Source: Eledone cirrhosa (taxonomy: Eukaryota). From it: a DNA stretch of 64,000 bases. The stretch is taken from assembly GCA_964016885.1 (NCBI GenBank), contig OZ024750.1:12772001-12836000 (forward strand), read 5' to 3'. Under the pieces are notes generated by a model. That model was not told the DNA's origin, did not search any database, and saw only the letters and a program-made list of their open reading frames with translations. The stretch's first letter is position 1. Every line of letters begins with the position of its first letter. Below are positions 11,920 through 26,234 of this stretch, one piece after another. Made by a program: the position numbers and the translations under genes.

Positions 11920-12699
11920 CATCATCATTTTACGTTCGCTTTTCCCTGCTTGCAAGGGTGGGATGGGTCTTATTCAGCACAACATCTCTCCACTTGTCAC
12001 AACAAATAAGTATATATATATTGATAGGATTTTATGATTTCAGATCTCTATAATAGAACATCTTTTGAGTGTTTCTCCTGGTAAAGTAAAAATATTAATG
12101 TTTGCCTTTCATTTTATTTTTTATTGGTATATTCTTTCTGATGTTATCTTTCTCAGATAAACTCTATCATATAACACTGTTCTTATTTACATATATAGCG
12201 ACACATATCTCTACCCATCTGTGTAATTCTATCTATATCAACTGTGACTAGTAATTGGCTTTCTAAGAACTAATAAAACAATCATTTCTCACAGATTTTC
12301 AGCATCAAATGTAATATTTTTGTATTGGTTTTCACCAACAGAAAACTATTCAACTTCTTATTCTTTAATGACATTCACACTGAAACAGATATACATGCAA
12401 ATATGCGTACCGTCTTAATGAAATCAACCTCCTTGATCCATCTATTTATCAACAAAAATATCCTGTGCTAAAGATGATTATCAATGACAGCATATTAGCT
12501 TTTACTTAATTGCTTTATCATATCATAATGATGGGTGTCATATAATCCTATTAACCTACTCATGAATAACATTTCATTGTATAGTATGAGGATGGTAGAG
12601 AGATGTAAGTTATAGCTCATGCATGATAATTATGTAAACTACCATTAAGCACTTAAATAAATTTATTCCATATGCCACCACCTTAAATGAAACTTAAGG

Positions 12700-12980
12700 G
12701 TCGGTTTACCTCAGGGTTCCAGTAGAGAGGAGGGAGAAGACATTGCTTCAGAGGATGGTGAAGGAGATGTGCTGGAACAGCCACTCCACCTTGCAGGCCA
12801 AGAATGCTGAAAGTGTCCACTGCCCCAGGCTCAACCACAAACCTATCAAAGATTGGCTGATACTGTAACAGTTTGCTCTCTTTGGCCTGATGGGCAGCAA
12901 AGCCTGAGCTGGTAGCAAAACACACCAGGTTGCCATTAGTAAAGGTGTTACGACATGTGGCATCCTAGATGTGGGGCCTA
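12700..12980 (-). mobile_element. Degenerate CRE-type non-LTR retrotransposon RLE domain / 3' end
   Basis: Translation (W>*)DATCRNTF...SGFAAHQAKESKLLQY...VEPGAVDTFSILG / EWLFQHISFTIL*SN matches the WDATCxDT...AAxxAExxKxxKY...PxAVET.G...WLxQRISxxxxRGN pattern. Confidence 0.65.
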
Positions 12981-13027
12981 TTTTTTCAACCAAAAAAAAG
13001 CTAAAATATAATAATGGTTTCTTATAT

Positions 13028-13238
13028 AGGTACAAGGCCAGCAATTTTGGGGGAGAGTAAAGTTGATTAAATAAACTCCAGTGCGTGACTGGTACTTTAT
13101 TTTATTGACCCCCCCCCCCATAAGGATGAAAGGCAAAGTTAACCTCGGCGGGATTTGAATTCAGATCATAAAGTTCCGTAACTCTATGCTGCAAAGCATG
13201 GCGTCCGACCCTCTACAGATACTGCCAATCCACTGCCC
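13028..13238 (-). mobile_element. SINE family B (Nin/Deu-like domain), full length
   Basis: GGGCAGTGGATTGGCAGTATC head, B box, GCCTTTCATCCTTATGGGG..GTCAATAAAATAAAGTACCAG domain. Confidence 0.8.
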
Positions 13239-13367
13239 TTAAGCTAAAATATAATAATAGTAACTCATCACATTTGTTTCTAAACTAATAAGTGAACAAT
13301 ACATAATATATTTTGCAACAAATAAAATTCAAACTGAAAGTAAAATAATTTGAAATGTTGCACTTAC

Positions 13368-13540
13368 TTTTTGTTGACAACATGGCCATGCAAGAGGAGG
13401 ATTTTCCACCAAATGACGAGACACATGTATAAATAGCTTCATCATCTCCAGTACATTGGTGAATATGCAATTGGTGTAAACGTCCTTTACGAATAATACT
13501 GACATGATCATTTGAGCAGAGAGTTTCTCCATCTTTTAAC
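13368..13540 (-). CDS. Internal exon, C-terminal half of I-set Ig domain
   Basis: Acceptor tttcttttag|G and donor A|gtaagtg, 173 bp. Translates (W)LKDGETLCSNDHVSIIRKGRLHQLHIHQCTGDDEAIYTCVSSFGGKSSSCMAMLSTK, with WxKDG, LxI and DxAxYxC motifs. Confidence 0.9.
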
Positions 13541-13782
13541 CTAAAAGAAATTATGACAATATTTAATTCTATAACAAAAAGACCATTTTTCATTTTATCC
13601 TTTATACTCTTTACTTCATTCCTCTACACGTCTTATACACACCACGCATCTCAACGTACACCCACTTACATCTCTCTCTCCACCACCGGATCTTGTTACC
13701 CAGAGATTTACCCATTTGCATTGTCGAGGCTTCCAAACGACTTAAAGATATTTACCCATATATATATATATATATATATATG

Positions 13783-13825
<43 letters not shown>

Positions 13826-13834
13826 ATATATATG

Positions 13835-13865
<31 letters not shown>

Positions 13866-14422
13866 CATGCATATGTAGGTAAAGACACACATGTGTTCTT
13901 CAGAACACATCTATATTCATCCCAAAACAAAGCAAATCTACATCAAAGTCCTCAATTAAACAATTTCGGAGCAATGGCTATATGGCTATTGTCTTTGTGA
14001 TACTTAGGATTATGGATTGCTGGAATTGTCCAATCATTAGACAAAATAATTTGTAATATTTTTTTTTATGACTTTTTACATTCTGATTTCAAATCCCACT
14101 GAGGCCAACTTTGCCTTTCATTCTTCTAAAGCCGATCAAATCAAGAACTAGTAAAACTCCAGGGCCAATTTAAAAATTCTTTCCACTCCCTAAATTTGTG
14201 ACCTTGATGGAAATTATATATTAGAAATAAGTCAGAAATTATAATTATTTTTATTACTGTTGTTGTTGTTATTACTATTATTATTGTATATTAAGATGTT
14301 TTCCTTGTTAACTTAACCTTAAAGTTTTTGTCATCTTTACTGTAGCATTTTTCTACTTTTAAAACTTATCCATCCTAGAGGTTTTCTTTTATCATTGATA
14401 TATATATATATATATATATATA

Positions 14423-14449
14423 TGAAGAAGGGCTTATGCCCGAAACGTC
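14423..14449 (+). ncRNA. Minimal Penelope-type hammerhead ribozyme motif (5'-truncated by (TA)n)
   Basis: TGAAGA-A-GGGC-TTAT-GCCC-GAAAC-GTC: hammerhead core, 4-bp helix II, palindromic ACGT helix III and a GUC triplet. The first C and the 5' strand of helix I are lost. Confidence 0.65.
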
Positions 14450-14533
14450 CCCCCTCCCCCGCTCTCAAGAGCGTGAAACTAATAAACCTTTGTTCGTACT
14501 GCCTCTCTGTTTTGTTCCCGTTCCATTTTTCAC
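14423..14533 (+). mobile_element. Penelope-like pLTR fragment (family P5) within (TA)n
   Basis: HHR motif followed by AATAAA and a pyrimidine-rich tail, with (TA)n on both flanks. Confidence 0.6.
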
Positions 14534-17500
14534 TATATATATATATATATAAAGAGAGGGAGAGATGCGCAAAGAAAATGAAGCTTTTATTTATAATATT
14601 TGGGATAATGTATTTAGCTTTAAAATACATTTATATAATTAAGAATTAACAAACCGGACATTGATCTCAGCATAAAAGAACTGCCAAGTGGTAGACTTAA
14701 TCTATTAACTGGTTTAACACCACCTGGCACTTGTAAGTATTTAACAAAGTCTACAATGTTACAAACACTTGGATTTGGTCTCCTGTTTTATTGAAAGCAA
14801 CCCACTGTCTTAGGGGGTTGTCTCATACTGCAGCAACACATGAGTTATTATTTTTTTTTCCACAGCCCAGTGTAGGAAGCTTTATAAAGAACATTGGCAT
14901 AGTCTCCCCCTTCCCCCCAAAAAGAAAATCGAACGAAGTCACTCATTTTAATAGTCAAATTTCTAATTGAAGAAAAAGAAAACCTCATATTTTATATATG
15001 AAATTTATGCTAAGAGATTAAAGCTTTATTTAATATTGGAAAACATTTTTCCTAATTTCTTATGTTATAGATATATATATTTCTTATAAAATATAAAATA
15101 CAAACAATAAACAGAGTTAGAAGTGACCAATAAACAATATACAAAACAGCAAAATGTACAGTTAATGTTCAAGTTCAAAATAGTTTGAATGCTTTAGAAA
15201 ATATCTCAGTACATGTTTCCGCACTATTAAATTTCTGATATAAATAACTATATAATAATTTGTTGTTGTATGTTGTAAAATAAGCAATTTCATAATTTGA
15301 AAGTATTTTTAGATGAACATCTCATAACATAAGTAATTTTATGTTGAAATAGGTAGATCAAATACAGCAATTAAATAACAATTAACCAATTATATTGTTA
15401 AAAATAAATAAAATAATTCAATCTAAGTGTAATATAGAAACTACACAAGTTTGATGGCTCAGTCAAACGAAAAATATTATGGCTAAGACTTATTTAGATT
15501 TTCCATTTTATCAAACAAAGTTATTTATATTGATTAAATTATTGACATGAAAGAGGTTAAATATTCAAGATAGACAGAAAAGAAGAACATTTTCTTTTAC
15601 TACATATACAAATGTGCATATTTTAGGAATTAATCATATAAGCATATTTTAAGAATTAATCAGGGAAATATATTAAAGAAATGAAGTTACTTTCTTCACT
15701 TTGAATCTAGTTACCTAATAGCCTTTTCCCTTTCATCAACTTTGATCAGTTTTATAAATATTTCCTCTGATAAATGTTAATCAAATATCGAAATTGGATA
15801 ACTCTGCATAAACAGAATTATCAATAAGTGGATATTTTATAAGATTTAACTATCAAGAAATAAGCAAACGATATTCTTGAAAGCCAATCTCCTCTAAAGA
15901 CATTCAAATTATTTTAGAATCCTAACATTACTCTACCTTCAATTTGTAAATTCCACAAACAGCTTGGTCACAATCTGTACGAATAAAGACACTACAGAAA
16001 CAAACAGTTTAGTAGGAAAAAAACTCCTGATATTTAAAAAATAATACACAATCATAATATTGTTTATGTCTATACAACGTTTTTCAAGTTCGATGAAAGT
16101 GAATCTGAGAAGAGAGATTAAGCCATATTATGTCAGACAAGGAGAATGACTTACTATATAATTATATTCACTGAAATTTCAAAAAGAGTTTGTGTGAGTT
16201 TGAAATACATTTAAAATATCTAAACTAATTTTTCATAGTTTTTCTAAAATAAATCTTACTCATGAAACAAAACTATATTGAAGTCCAATTTGAAAGTAGA
16301 AAAGCATTGAATTGCTTCAAAATTTAATACATTATGGTCGTTTTTATATTCAAATTATATGTTAATATGTTGAACATTTTTTAATGTTGATGTGGGAAAG
16401 TTAGTTCTTTTAGAAAAACATTTTGCTGTTGATAAGATTGTAATTCTTCAAATGTTCATAAATAAACAAAATGATAAAAATTTTTTTAATATTTTAGAAA
16501 TTTTACAATAAATTATAGTCTACAACTTCATACTGAAGTTTTTACTCTTAAATATTTTTTCTGCTGATTTGTTGTTAAAAAAACCCATAAAATTAAATGG
16601 AACGAAATATGGAATATAAATACATTCATGTCTTTCTCAAAGATATTCCTAAGTAAAGTGAAATGATTCAAATTGAAACCAGGCCTCAGTTTCATTCCAC
16701 CATAAATTTCTTCCTTCTTACTCTTAATGTTTGTCCAACTAGTCTGATATCAGAAGACATTCAATTTTGTTATTTCCTAAATGCCATAATAATAAAATAA
16801 GTGAATTACATAACAACTAAATATACAAACAGGTGAACAATGACACTGAAAACCAATAAAGATGTATAATTAGTTTTTCCAATGTGGAATAATTAGAAAG
16901 TTTCTTCTTTCAGCTAGACATTAGTGAGCATTAAATAGGAAAAAAAAATCAAAATATAAAATACAAGTTTATTCAGTACACTTTTGTAGAGAAGACTTTT
17001 CTCCTAAAGAAATTTCTGTAGAATAATGGACTATAAGATAAGATATAAGATTCTTCTATAGAAGATGACCTCAAAAGTAAACAAATAAGAAAATCACAAA
17101 CTGATTAAGAAGCATAGCAAAACAGACAAGAAAGAAATAGTAAAGCATTTTGTGAGTTTTAAAACATTATTTATCTTAGGATTAAATAAATACATTTATT
17201 TTTCATCTGTAATTAATTACAAGATGTGAATGTGATCTTTCTAAATAATAATGATATATTTTGACTCTATTATAATGTCAAATTTTATAGGTGATGAGGT
17301 AAAAGTAAAAAAGATTGAATTGATACTAATATGTTATTTAGCCTTGTTTGCTCCAGCAACATTTGAACACAAAATGTAAAAAGGATGACACTATATATTA
17401 TTGAATATTGCCTGTCTATATCTATTTCTGCTAAATTACAGTCTGTTAAGTAATATTAGTTTCTTCTTTAGACACAAGATCAATTATTGATGAGTAGAGT

Positions 17501-17933
17501 ATAATTAATTATACCAACAACAGTTGGTTACAGATCCATATTCTATTGACTCTGTAGAAGCGAAAAATGATATGAACCATGGCAAGATTTGAACTAACAA
17601 CTGAAATGGGTAAATCTAAATTCTACAACATAATATATGCATCATTCAACAATGTTTTCCAATTTGCTGTCACAATTATATTGACCTTTTATATAAATTA
17701 TTAATTTCTTCTTGCACAACCACAATAATACTATCTAGATCAATGTTAAATTGTATGACCAATGACAACACTAATTATATCTGATATATGGGATATTTAT
17801 ATATATTTAAATATTTATACAGACATTAATAAAATCATACCTTTTAGAAGACCACCACTACTTTAAATATCTTACTTTTCTTTCTTTTCAAATTCTGTTC
17901 ACTGTTTTCTAAACACACACACATATATATATA

Positions 17934-18126
17934 TAGGAAAAGGTATGACCCCGACGGCAGAGCTCAAGCCGTTTCGACGGCTATTTCAGTCCAGAAATAG
18001 CCGTCGAAACGACTTGAGCTCTGCCATTGGGGTCATAACTTTTCCTATTACCCACTCTACTACCCTAAGTATTGAGTACTCTGGTACGTTATGGTCCATC
18101 TGGTTCCTTACCACAATTCCTTAGTT
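17934..18126 (+). mobile_element. (TA)n-inserted fold-back element, family P1
   Basis: Arms 17934-17987 / 17994-18047 with a 6-nt loop, and the same tail as the 11666 copy. Confidence 0.8.
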
Positions 18127-18144
18127 ATATATATATATATATAT

Positions 18145-18325
18145 ATTATAGAAATGACTTCTACAGGACTAGAACTGTTTCATTTCTGATGATTTCTTAT
18201 CAATGAAACAATTCTAGTCCTGTAGTAGTCATTTCTATAATGAAATAAATATGCCTATACTCTACTGACGTATTGAGTACCTCTTTTAACTATGGTCACC
18301 TCCCAATATACATTGGGGACCCACC
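18145..18325 (+). mobile_element. (TA)n-inserted fold-back element, family P2, with CTGATGA..GAAAC..GTC
   Basis: Arms ~18145-18184 / 18202-18241. CTGATGA at 18186, GAAAC at 18205, GTC at 18217, then AATAAA and a TATTGAGTAC tail. Homologous to 40529. Confidence 0.65.
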
Positions 18326-19194
18326 TATATATATAAATATACATACAAAACACACACATATATATATATACATAAATTCATGTGTGTGTGTATGTGTGTG
18401 TGTAATCAAGATCAAGAATGTCGATTGTGATCACTGTGATGACAATAATGATGGTGATGTTAGAATGTTATATTGGATATTATGCAACTGCAAACAATAG
18501 CATTAATGAGGGCCATTTTTGAACTATACTAACCAGAAAAAAATATTTCTTTTCAAGTTATCTGTTTACAAGTAAATCCTAATTGTTCACTAGTTACAAG
18601 CTATAGAGCTAATGTATTGAGTTCTTCAATCCATTCAATAGTTCTAGCACCAATGTGTTTTTACAATACTTATAATTTCCATCACATATTTCATATTACT
18701 GTTTCTTTCTCAAATCTGTTTAGAATTTAAGCTTATATTTAAAATCATTTTATTCTCTAACACATCTTTTCTCCTTCAAAACATATAGTTCCAGATTATT
18801 AATGTAAATATCCTATCATTTAGCTCACATTATGAACACATTATGAACACAACATTCTTTTCTTATCAGCTAAAGCAATCCTCTTACTTTATCCATACTT
18901 CTACATCTTGATATATATTCCTATCTTCCTATTCAATCAGTTTCTTGTCTTCAACATCAATTTTTTATCTATACATAATGAAAAAAAAAAATTTCTTTTT
19001 TCTTTTCCTTTCTTTTCTGCACACTGGAAATAAATGTTTCATTACTGCGTATTCTTTAGTTTCCTTAAGCAATTCCTTCACAGTTAACTTCAATGTGATA
19101 TATAGCAAGACAAATATACATTTCACAATATCAACAACACTGATATCTTCTTCTTCTTTGCCATTTATTCCTGAGAGGATCATGAGAGCAGAAT

Positions 19195-19660
19195 CCTCAA
19201 ACACTCCTTCCAGCAGGTCCTGTCAAAAGCAACTATCTCCAACTAATCTGGCTAGATCCCCCAAGTGAAACCAGCCATGCACATGGATGTTATCCAACCA
19301 TCTTGCTCAGGGTCTACCCCTGGGTCTCCTGTCGGTTGGTTTTGCCCATAAAATTTGACCAGAATTTCTTTCCTGAAACATTCTAACCACATGCCCATAG
19401 TATTGAAGCTGTGACCTCTCAATTCAGAGTAGTAGCATCTCTACCAGGAGTGACTCTCTGATCTCCGAGCTATGCACTCCATCAAGTATCGTTACTCGAA
19501 AGACACTTTGGAGAAACCCTATTTTGGCTGCAAGTATTTGTGATCATATTCTTTCTGATATAATATATAAATTGTTTACTAAAATAATACAGAACTGTGA
19601 CCTCTGGCATCATGCAGTAATACAGAAGACTTGACTTCCCATGGGAACAAGCCGAAGCTG
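19195..19660 (-). mobile_element. Degenerate RTE-clade LINE 3' fragment
   Basis: LRIERSQLQYYGHVVRMFQERNSGQILWAKPTDRRPRGRP*ARWLDNI, the RTE C-terminal signature. Confidence 0.7.
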
Positions 19661-19692
19661 AGGCATATAGACAATATGCCCCCATCCCCTCC

Positions 19693-19963
19693 CACTGCAA
19701 AGTGGTTGTGGAGGTGTCACAACAAAAAAGCACCCAACCCACACTGTAAAGTGGTCGTGTAGGTACCATGAAAATAAAAGCACCCAGCACTCACTGTAAA
19801 TGAGATTGGTGCTAGGAAGGGCATCCAGCTGTAGAAATTGAGCCTAAATGAGTTCCCAAATGAGCAAGACAAGGTCAGCCGACCTAACATCGCCTACAAC
19901 AAGACAACCCATCTAACCCATGCTAGTGTGGAAGAATGGACGTAAAACGGTGATGATGATGAT
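19693..19963 (+). mobile_element. SINE family A-related 3' portion with (GAT)n tail
   Basis: AGGAAGGGCATCCAGCTGTAGAAA motif, then aacccatgctagtgtggaa..ggacgtaaaac(gat)n. Related pieces at ~56005-56160 (-), 56200-56450 and 59840-60068. Confidence 0.7.
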
Positions 19964-20399
19964 ACAACATTAAACACTCATATAAACACAAAACATATTG
20001 ATTTCTTACCAAGACACAAGGCCTCTAACAGTCCCTTATTTTATCAATTCCCAGAAGGATGTAAGACAAATTCAACTTCAGTGGGATAAAGAGCTGGAAC
20101 AAATACTGCAAGGCATTTTGTTCAATAATCTAACATGTCTGCCAATACTCCACTCTTCATACATGGAGGTCATGAAAAGATTCAACAACAGAAACTTCTA
20201 GGTGCTTTGCAGCTTCCTTTGTTTTCCATTTTTTCTTTATTTTTTTTAATGCTTATTTTGCCTTCCTATTTTTATGTTCACTTATCTGTCTATCTTGTTT
20301 TTTGTCTCTCAACTATAAGAAGTATTAGTCTGTCATGGTTTACTAGCTCTATACGGACGTTTAAATTGATTAAATAAATAAATAGATAAATAAATAAAT

Positions 20400-20576
20400 A
20401 ATTGTTTCTAATTTTAGCCAGCAATTACCCAGTGCATTACTGGTACTTTATTTTATTGACCCCGTAAGGATGAAAGGCAAAGTTAACCTTGGTAGGATTT
20501 GAACTCAGAACATAAAGGACCATAACTCTATGCTGCAAAGCATGTTGTCCGATGCTCTACCGATTTTGCCAATCCA
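20400..20576 (-). mobile_element. SINE family B
   Basis: Match to the family B consensus. Confidence 0.8.
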
Positions 20577-20844
20577 AATAATACAAACACAACATTAAGA
20601 TTTATAATACATTCTCACATGGACATACTTCAGAACAATTAAATATCTACTTATAAAACTGTGTCTAGTACACATCCAGACACATTCAGACTCCAGCAAG
20701 CTTATAATCTTGTTACTAAAATATAACTCATAAAATACAACATTCCATCACATATCAACAATAACATGAAAAATAAGGCTACCTGTTTCCTAAATAAAGA
20801 GGAACAGCTGGAGATTATTTAATAAAACAATTTCATAGAAGAAT

Positions 20845-21718
20845 ACATACACATATATACAAGAATACACACACACACTCATATATACAAGAATACACAT
20901 ATACTCATATATACAAGAATACACACATACACTCATATATACAAGCATATACACATACACACATATATACAAGCATACACACATACACACATATATACAA
21001 GCATACACACATACACTCATATATACAAGAATACACACACACACTCATATATACAAGAATACACATATACACTCATATATACAAGAATACACATATACAC
21101 TCATATATACAAGAATACACATATACTCATATATACAAGAATACACACATACACTCATATATACAAGCATATACACATACACACATATATACAAGCATAC
21201 ACACATACACACATATATACAAGCATACACACATACACACATATATACAAGCATACACACATACACTCATATATACAAGAATACACACACACACTCATAT
21301 ATACAAGAATACACACATACACTCATATATACAAGCATACACACATACACACATATATACAAGCATACACACATACACTCATATATACAAGAATACACAC
21401 ATACACTCATATATACAAGCATACACACATACACACATATATACAAGCATACACACATACACTCATATATACAAGCATACACACATATATACAAGCATAC
21501 ACACATACACACATATATACAAGCATACACACATACACACATATATACAAGCATACACACATACATTCATATATACAAGCATACACACATATATACAAGC
21601 ATACACACATACACACATATATACAAGCATACACACATACACACATATATACAAGCATACACACATACACACATATATACACACATACACACATATATAC
21701 AAGCATACATACACACAT
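20845..21718. repeat. ~28-bp CA/TA-derived minisatellite (gcatacacacatacacacatatatacaa)n
   Basis: About 30 tandem units with AAGC/AAGA and CTC/CAC variants. Confidence 0.9.
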
Positions 21719-21868
21719 GCATCATCATCATCGTTTAACCTCCATCTTCCAAGCTAGATAGAAATAAGCTCTAGATAGAAATAAGCTCTCGTTAAGCTAA
21801 TGGAGATGCCTTCATAGGAATATTTTTAACAGCAAATAATTTTGACAAGTTTTCTGTAATACAGAAAT

Positions 21869-21952
21869 TTTGTTCATATAATATTGTTCATATAATTTTG
21901 TTCATATAATATTGTTCATATAATATTGTTCATATAATTTTGTTCATATAAT
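21869..21952. repeat. 14-bp tandem repeat (ttgttcatataatw) x6
   Basis: Directly visible. Confidence 0.85.
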
Positions 21953-22300
21953 TAACACCATTTCATTACTCAAAACTAATCATTAACTAAAAATTCAAAT
22001 TTAATAAATATGAGCTCATTAGAATAATTGTACAATTGCAAATTATGAACATTTGAGAATTTTCATGTCTTTATTATGTGTGCTGTAATTCTCATGAAAT
22101 TAAACAGCCAGGGGGCGCTGACAAGAATCAAAGATTATTGGTACATAAATCATGCTGATAATATCACCAAAGTTAGATAATTACATAAGAATTAGAGAAT
22201 GTTACAAGTTATTATGAGTTATAAGTGTTTTCCAGTTCTTAAATAGATGCCTATGGAATATTTATGTACCTGTGTGTATATATGTCTGTGTATGATCGTA

Positions 22301-23436
<1,136 letters not shown>

Positions 23437-23752
23437 AATTATGGTGTGCTTTCATCAGATAAAATATAATATAGAGCAGTTTTATAAATAAATATTGACA
23501 TACCCTTAAAGAATGCAACCATTACTGTTGGAAGCTCCCGGAGCTATATTATATTATATTTTATCTGATGAAAGCACACCATAATTTAACTTGGTGTCCT
23601 TGAAATATGTATAATGAAATAAATATGGTTTTATAAATATAGTTTCCATTTGTTAATATCGTATTTTTACTCCAATTATTTGTTGAGTGCTTTATATCAA
23701 TTATAAAAATATTTGCTTGTTGTATCCCAACAATTTAAATAGAACTTTTACA
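23437..23752 (+). mobile_element. Penelope-like pLTR remnant family P4 with 5' inverted arm and hammerhead motif
   Basis: Inverted 5' arm, HHR motif at 23565-23611, AATAAA, TGTTGAGTGC tail and (TA)n flanks. Second copy at 58632-58990. Confidence 0.7.
23565..23611 (+). ncRNA. Hammerhead-ribozyme-like motif
   Basis: CTGATGA-AAGCACACCA(loop)TGGTGTCCTT-GAAA-TAT-GTA: intact core, 9/10-bp helix II and a GUA triplet. Helix I is weak. Confidence 0.55.
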
Positions 23753-24351
23753 TATATATAAATATATATATATTTATATATATATATATATAGATATATA
23801 TATTTATATTTATATATATATAGTAAGAACAAAGTAGAAGTGTTACATATGAGATTTATATGTTTGTATGTGTGAGTATATATATCTCTATATATGTGTG
23901 TGTGTGTTCGTCTGTCTTAACATTTCTATTAATGGTCTCTCATCATTTAGTGGATAATAAGATGAGCATCTGATACAGTAATGGTGGCAACAGCCAACAC
24001 TACGAAAATTGATAGTAGATGTAATCATGGTGGTGATGGTGTTGATGATGTTGGTGATGATGATGGTGATGATATATGCCGCAGCATTTGAGGTGTTGTT
24101 ATAACGTCAAAAATATTTTCTTTTTATTGCATGTGAACTAATATCAACCACAGAAGTTCAATGATATTTATCAAAGTATATAAGCTTTTAGGCCAGACAA
24201 TATGGAGTGGACCTCCGTTGGAATTTTATTAATTTTATATATATATGTGTGTCTGTATGTCTGTGAGTATGTATGTATATATATATATATATGCATGTAT
24301 GTACATGTATGTATAAGTGTGTGTGCATATGTGTATAAATGTATGTATGTG

Positions 24352-24400
<49 letters not shown>

Positions 24401-25364
24401 ATGTATGTGTGTGTGTGTGTATATATATGTGTGAATGTGTGTATATGTATGTGTGTGTATATATATGTGTGTATATATATATGTATATAAACATACCGTG
24501 CTTTTTCAGCTAAACAATTTATTGATTTATTTCCAATATGAACTATTACATAAATAATTATTGATTTTAACACTTTAGTTTGTACATGCATTTTTCTCTT
24601 TTTATAATGACACACACTCTGGCTTTTGTAATATCAATTTTATATCATTTTGTAGACTCAGGTGTTTTTATTTTCATATTTGTTATTTTAATTTTATTTT
24701 TTTAAATGTTCATATATTTATTACTATTTTTATATCATCCCCCACCCCCCACCTCCCACCTCACCTATCTGTTATTGAAAATAGAATTCTACAATTTCTT
24801 TTACAATTTTTTTTTTAAATTTGCTTTAGAGATTTTTGTACATAACATTGTCAAAAGATTCTCAATGCTATTTTTGCTACCAATTAATTTTTTTTTCTTA
24901 AATCTAAATTATTCGGTCTTTTTTACATCTGTGTTTTACATTGACAACCCATGTAAAGGATGATGGTAACGATTCTGATGATAATGATGTTGACGGTGGT
25001 GATGAATAAATCATTTTTCTTTACTTACTTTAACTATTTGTTGTTGACATGGTAAACTCCTTTGTATTTTAGTACAGTTTTAATATACTTATTATTGAAA
25101 TAGCTATACTTTTTAACTCCTCATTTATTTTTGTAGATATTATGCAGCTAGCATTTAAACATATTTTATTTAGTTTAGAAATCCAATATTTTACATTTTA
25201 GGATAAATTTATATTTCATCAGATTGTTTAGAATATTTTTAACACTCTCATCATAATCTGTTCTTTTGTAGCCATAGATTTGTTTTCCATTTTCACAGCA
25301 TTTTAACATAAAAAAAACAGAACATTGTATGTTTAGCCTATAGAGGTTATAAAATATACCCCCC

Positions 25365-25379
<15 letters not shown>

Positions 25380-25428
<49 letters not shown>

Positions 25429-25459
25429 ATATATATATCTATATATTTATATATATATC

Positions 25460-25528
<69 letters not shown>

Positions 25529-25543
25529 CTCTATATATATATT

Positions 25544-25576
<33 letters not shown>

Positions 25577-25659
25577 CTCTATATATATATATTTATATAT
25601 ATATATATTTATTTATATATCTATATATATATATATATATATTTATATCTATCTCTTTC

Positions 25660-25697
<38 letters not shown>

Positions 25698-25812
25698 TAT
25701 CTATATATATATATTTATATATTTATATATATTTATATATTTATATATATTTATATATATTTATCTATATATATATTTATATATATATTTATCTAGATAT
25801 ATATATTATTTA
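25380..25812. repeat. (TA)n/(TC)-interrupted microsatellite
   Basis: Directly visible. Confidence 0.9.
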
Positions 25813-26103
25813 TATAACTCACCTCCTACATTATATATATATATATTTATATAATGTAGGAGGTGAGTTTTATTGTAGTACAATAAAGCAATGCAGATAT
25901 CGAATAAGTAGCACTCTACAGTTTGTAGGACTGGAGTATAAATAATATAATATATTTATATATATATATATATTTATCTCTATATATATATTTATATATA
26001 TGTATATATATTGGCTTAGTGGTTAGAGCATTGGATGGAGGCACATGGCTTAGTGGTTAGAGCATTGGCCTTACAATCAAAAGATTGTGAGTTCAATTCT
26101 CAG

Positions 26104-26134
<31 letters not shown>

Positions 26135-26152
26135 TATCTATATATATTTATC

Positions 26153-26186
<34 letters not shown>

Positions 26187-26200
26187 TATCTATATTTATC

Positions 26201-26234
<34 letters not shown>

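Noticed and set aside
15937-15991. Possible 55-nt minus-strand micro-exon (tgtag|...aag|gtagag)
   Set aside because: Its length is not a multiple of 3, the donor is weak, and it would break the Ig reading frame.
20845-21718. Regular ~28-bp repeats superficially like a CRISPR array
   Set aside because: No unique spacers, a eukaryotic intron, and no cas genes.
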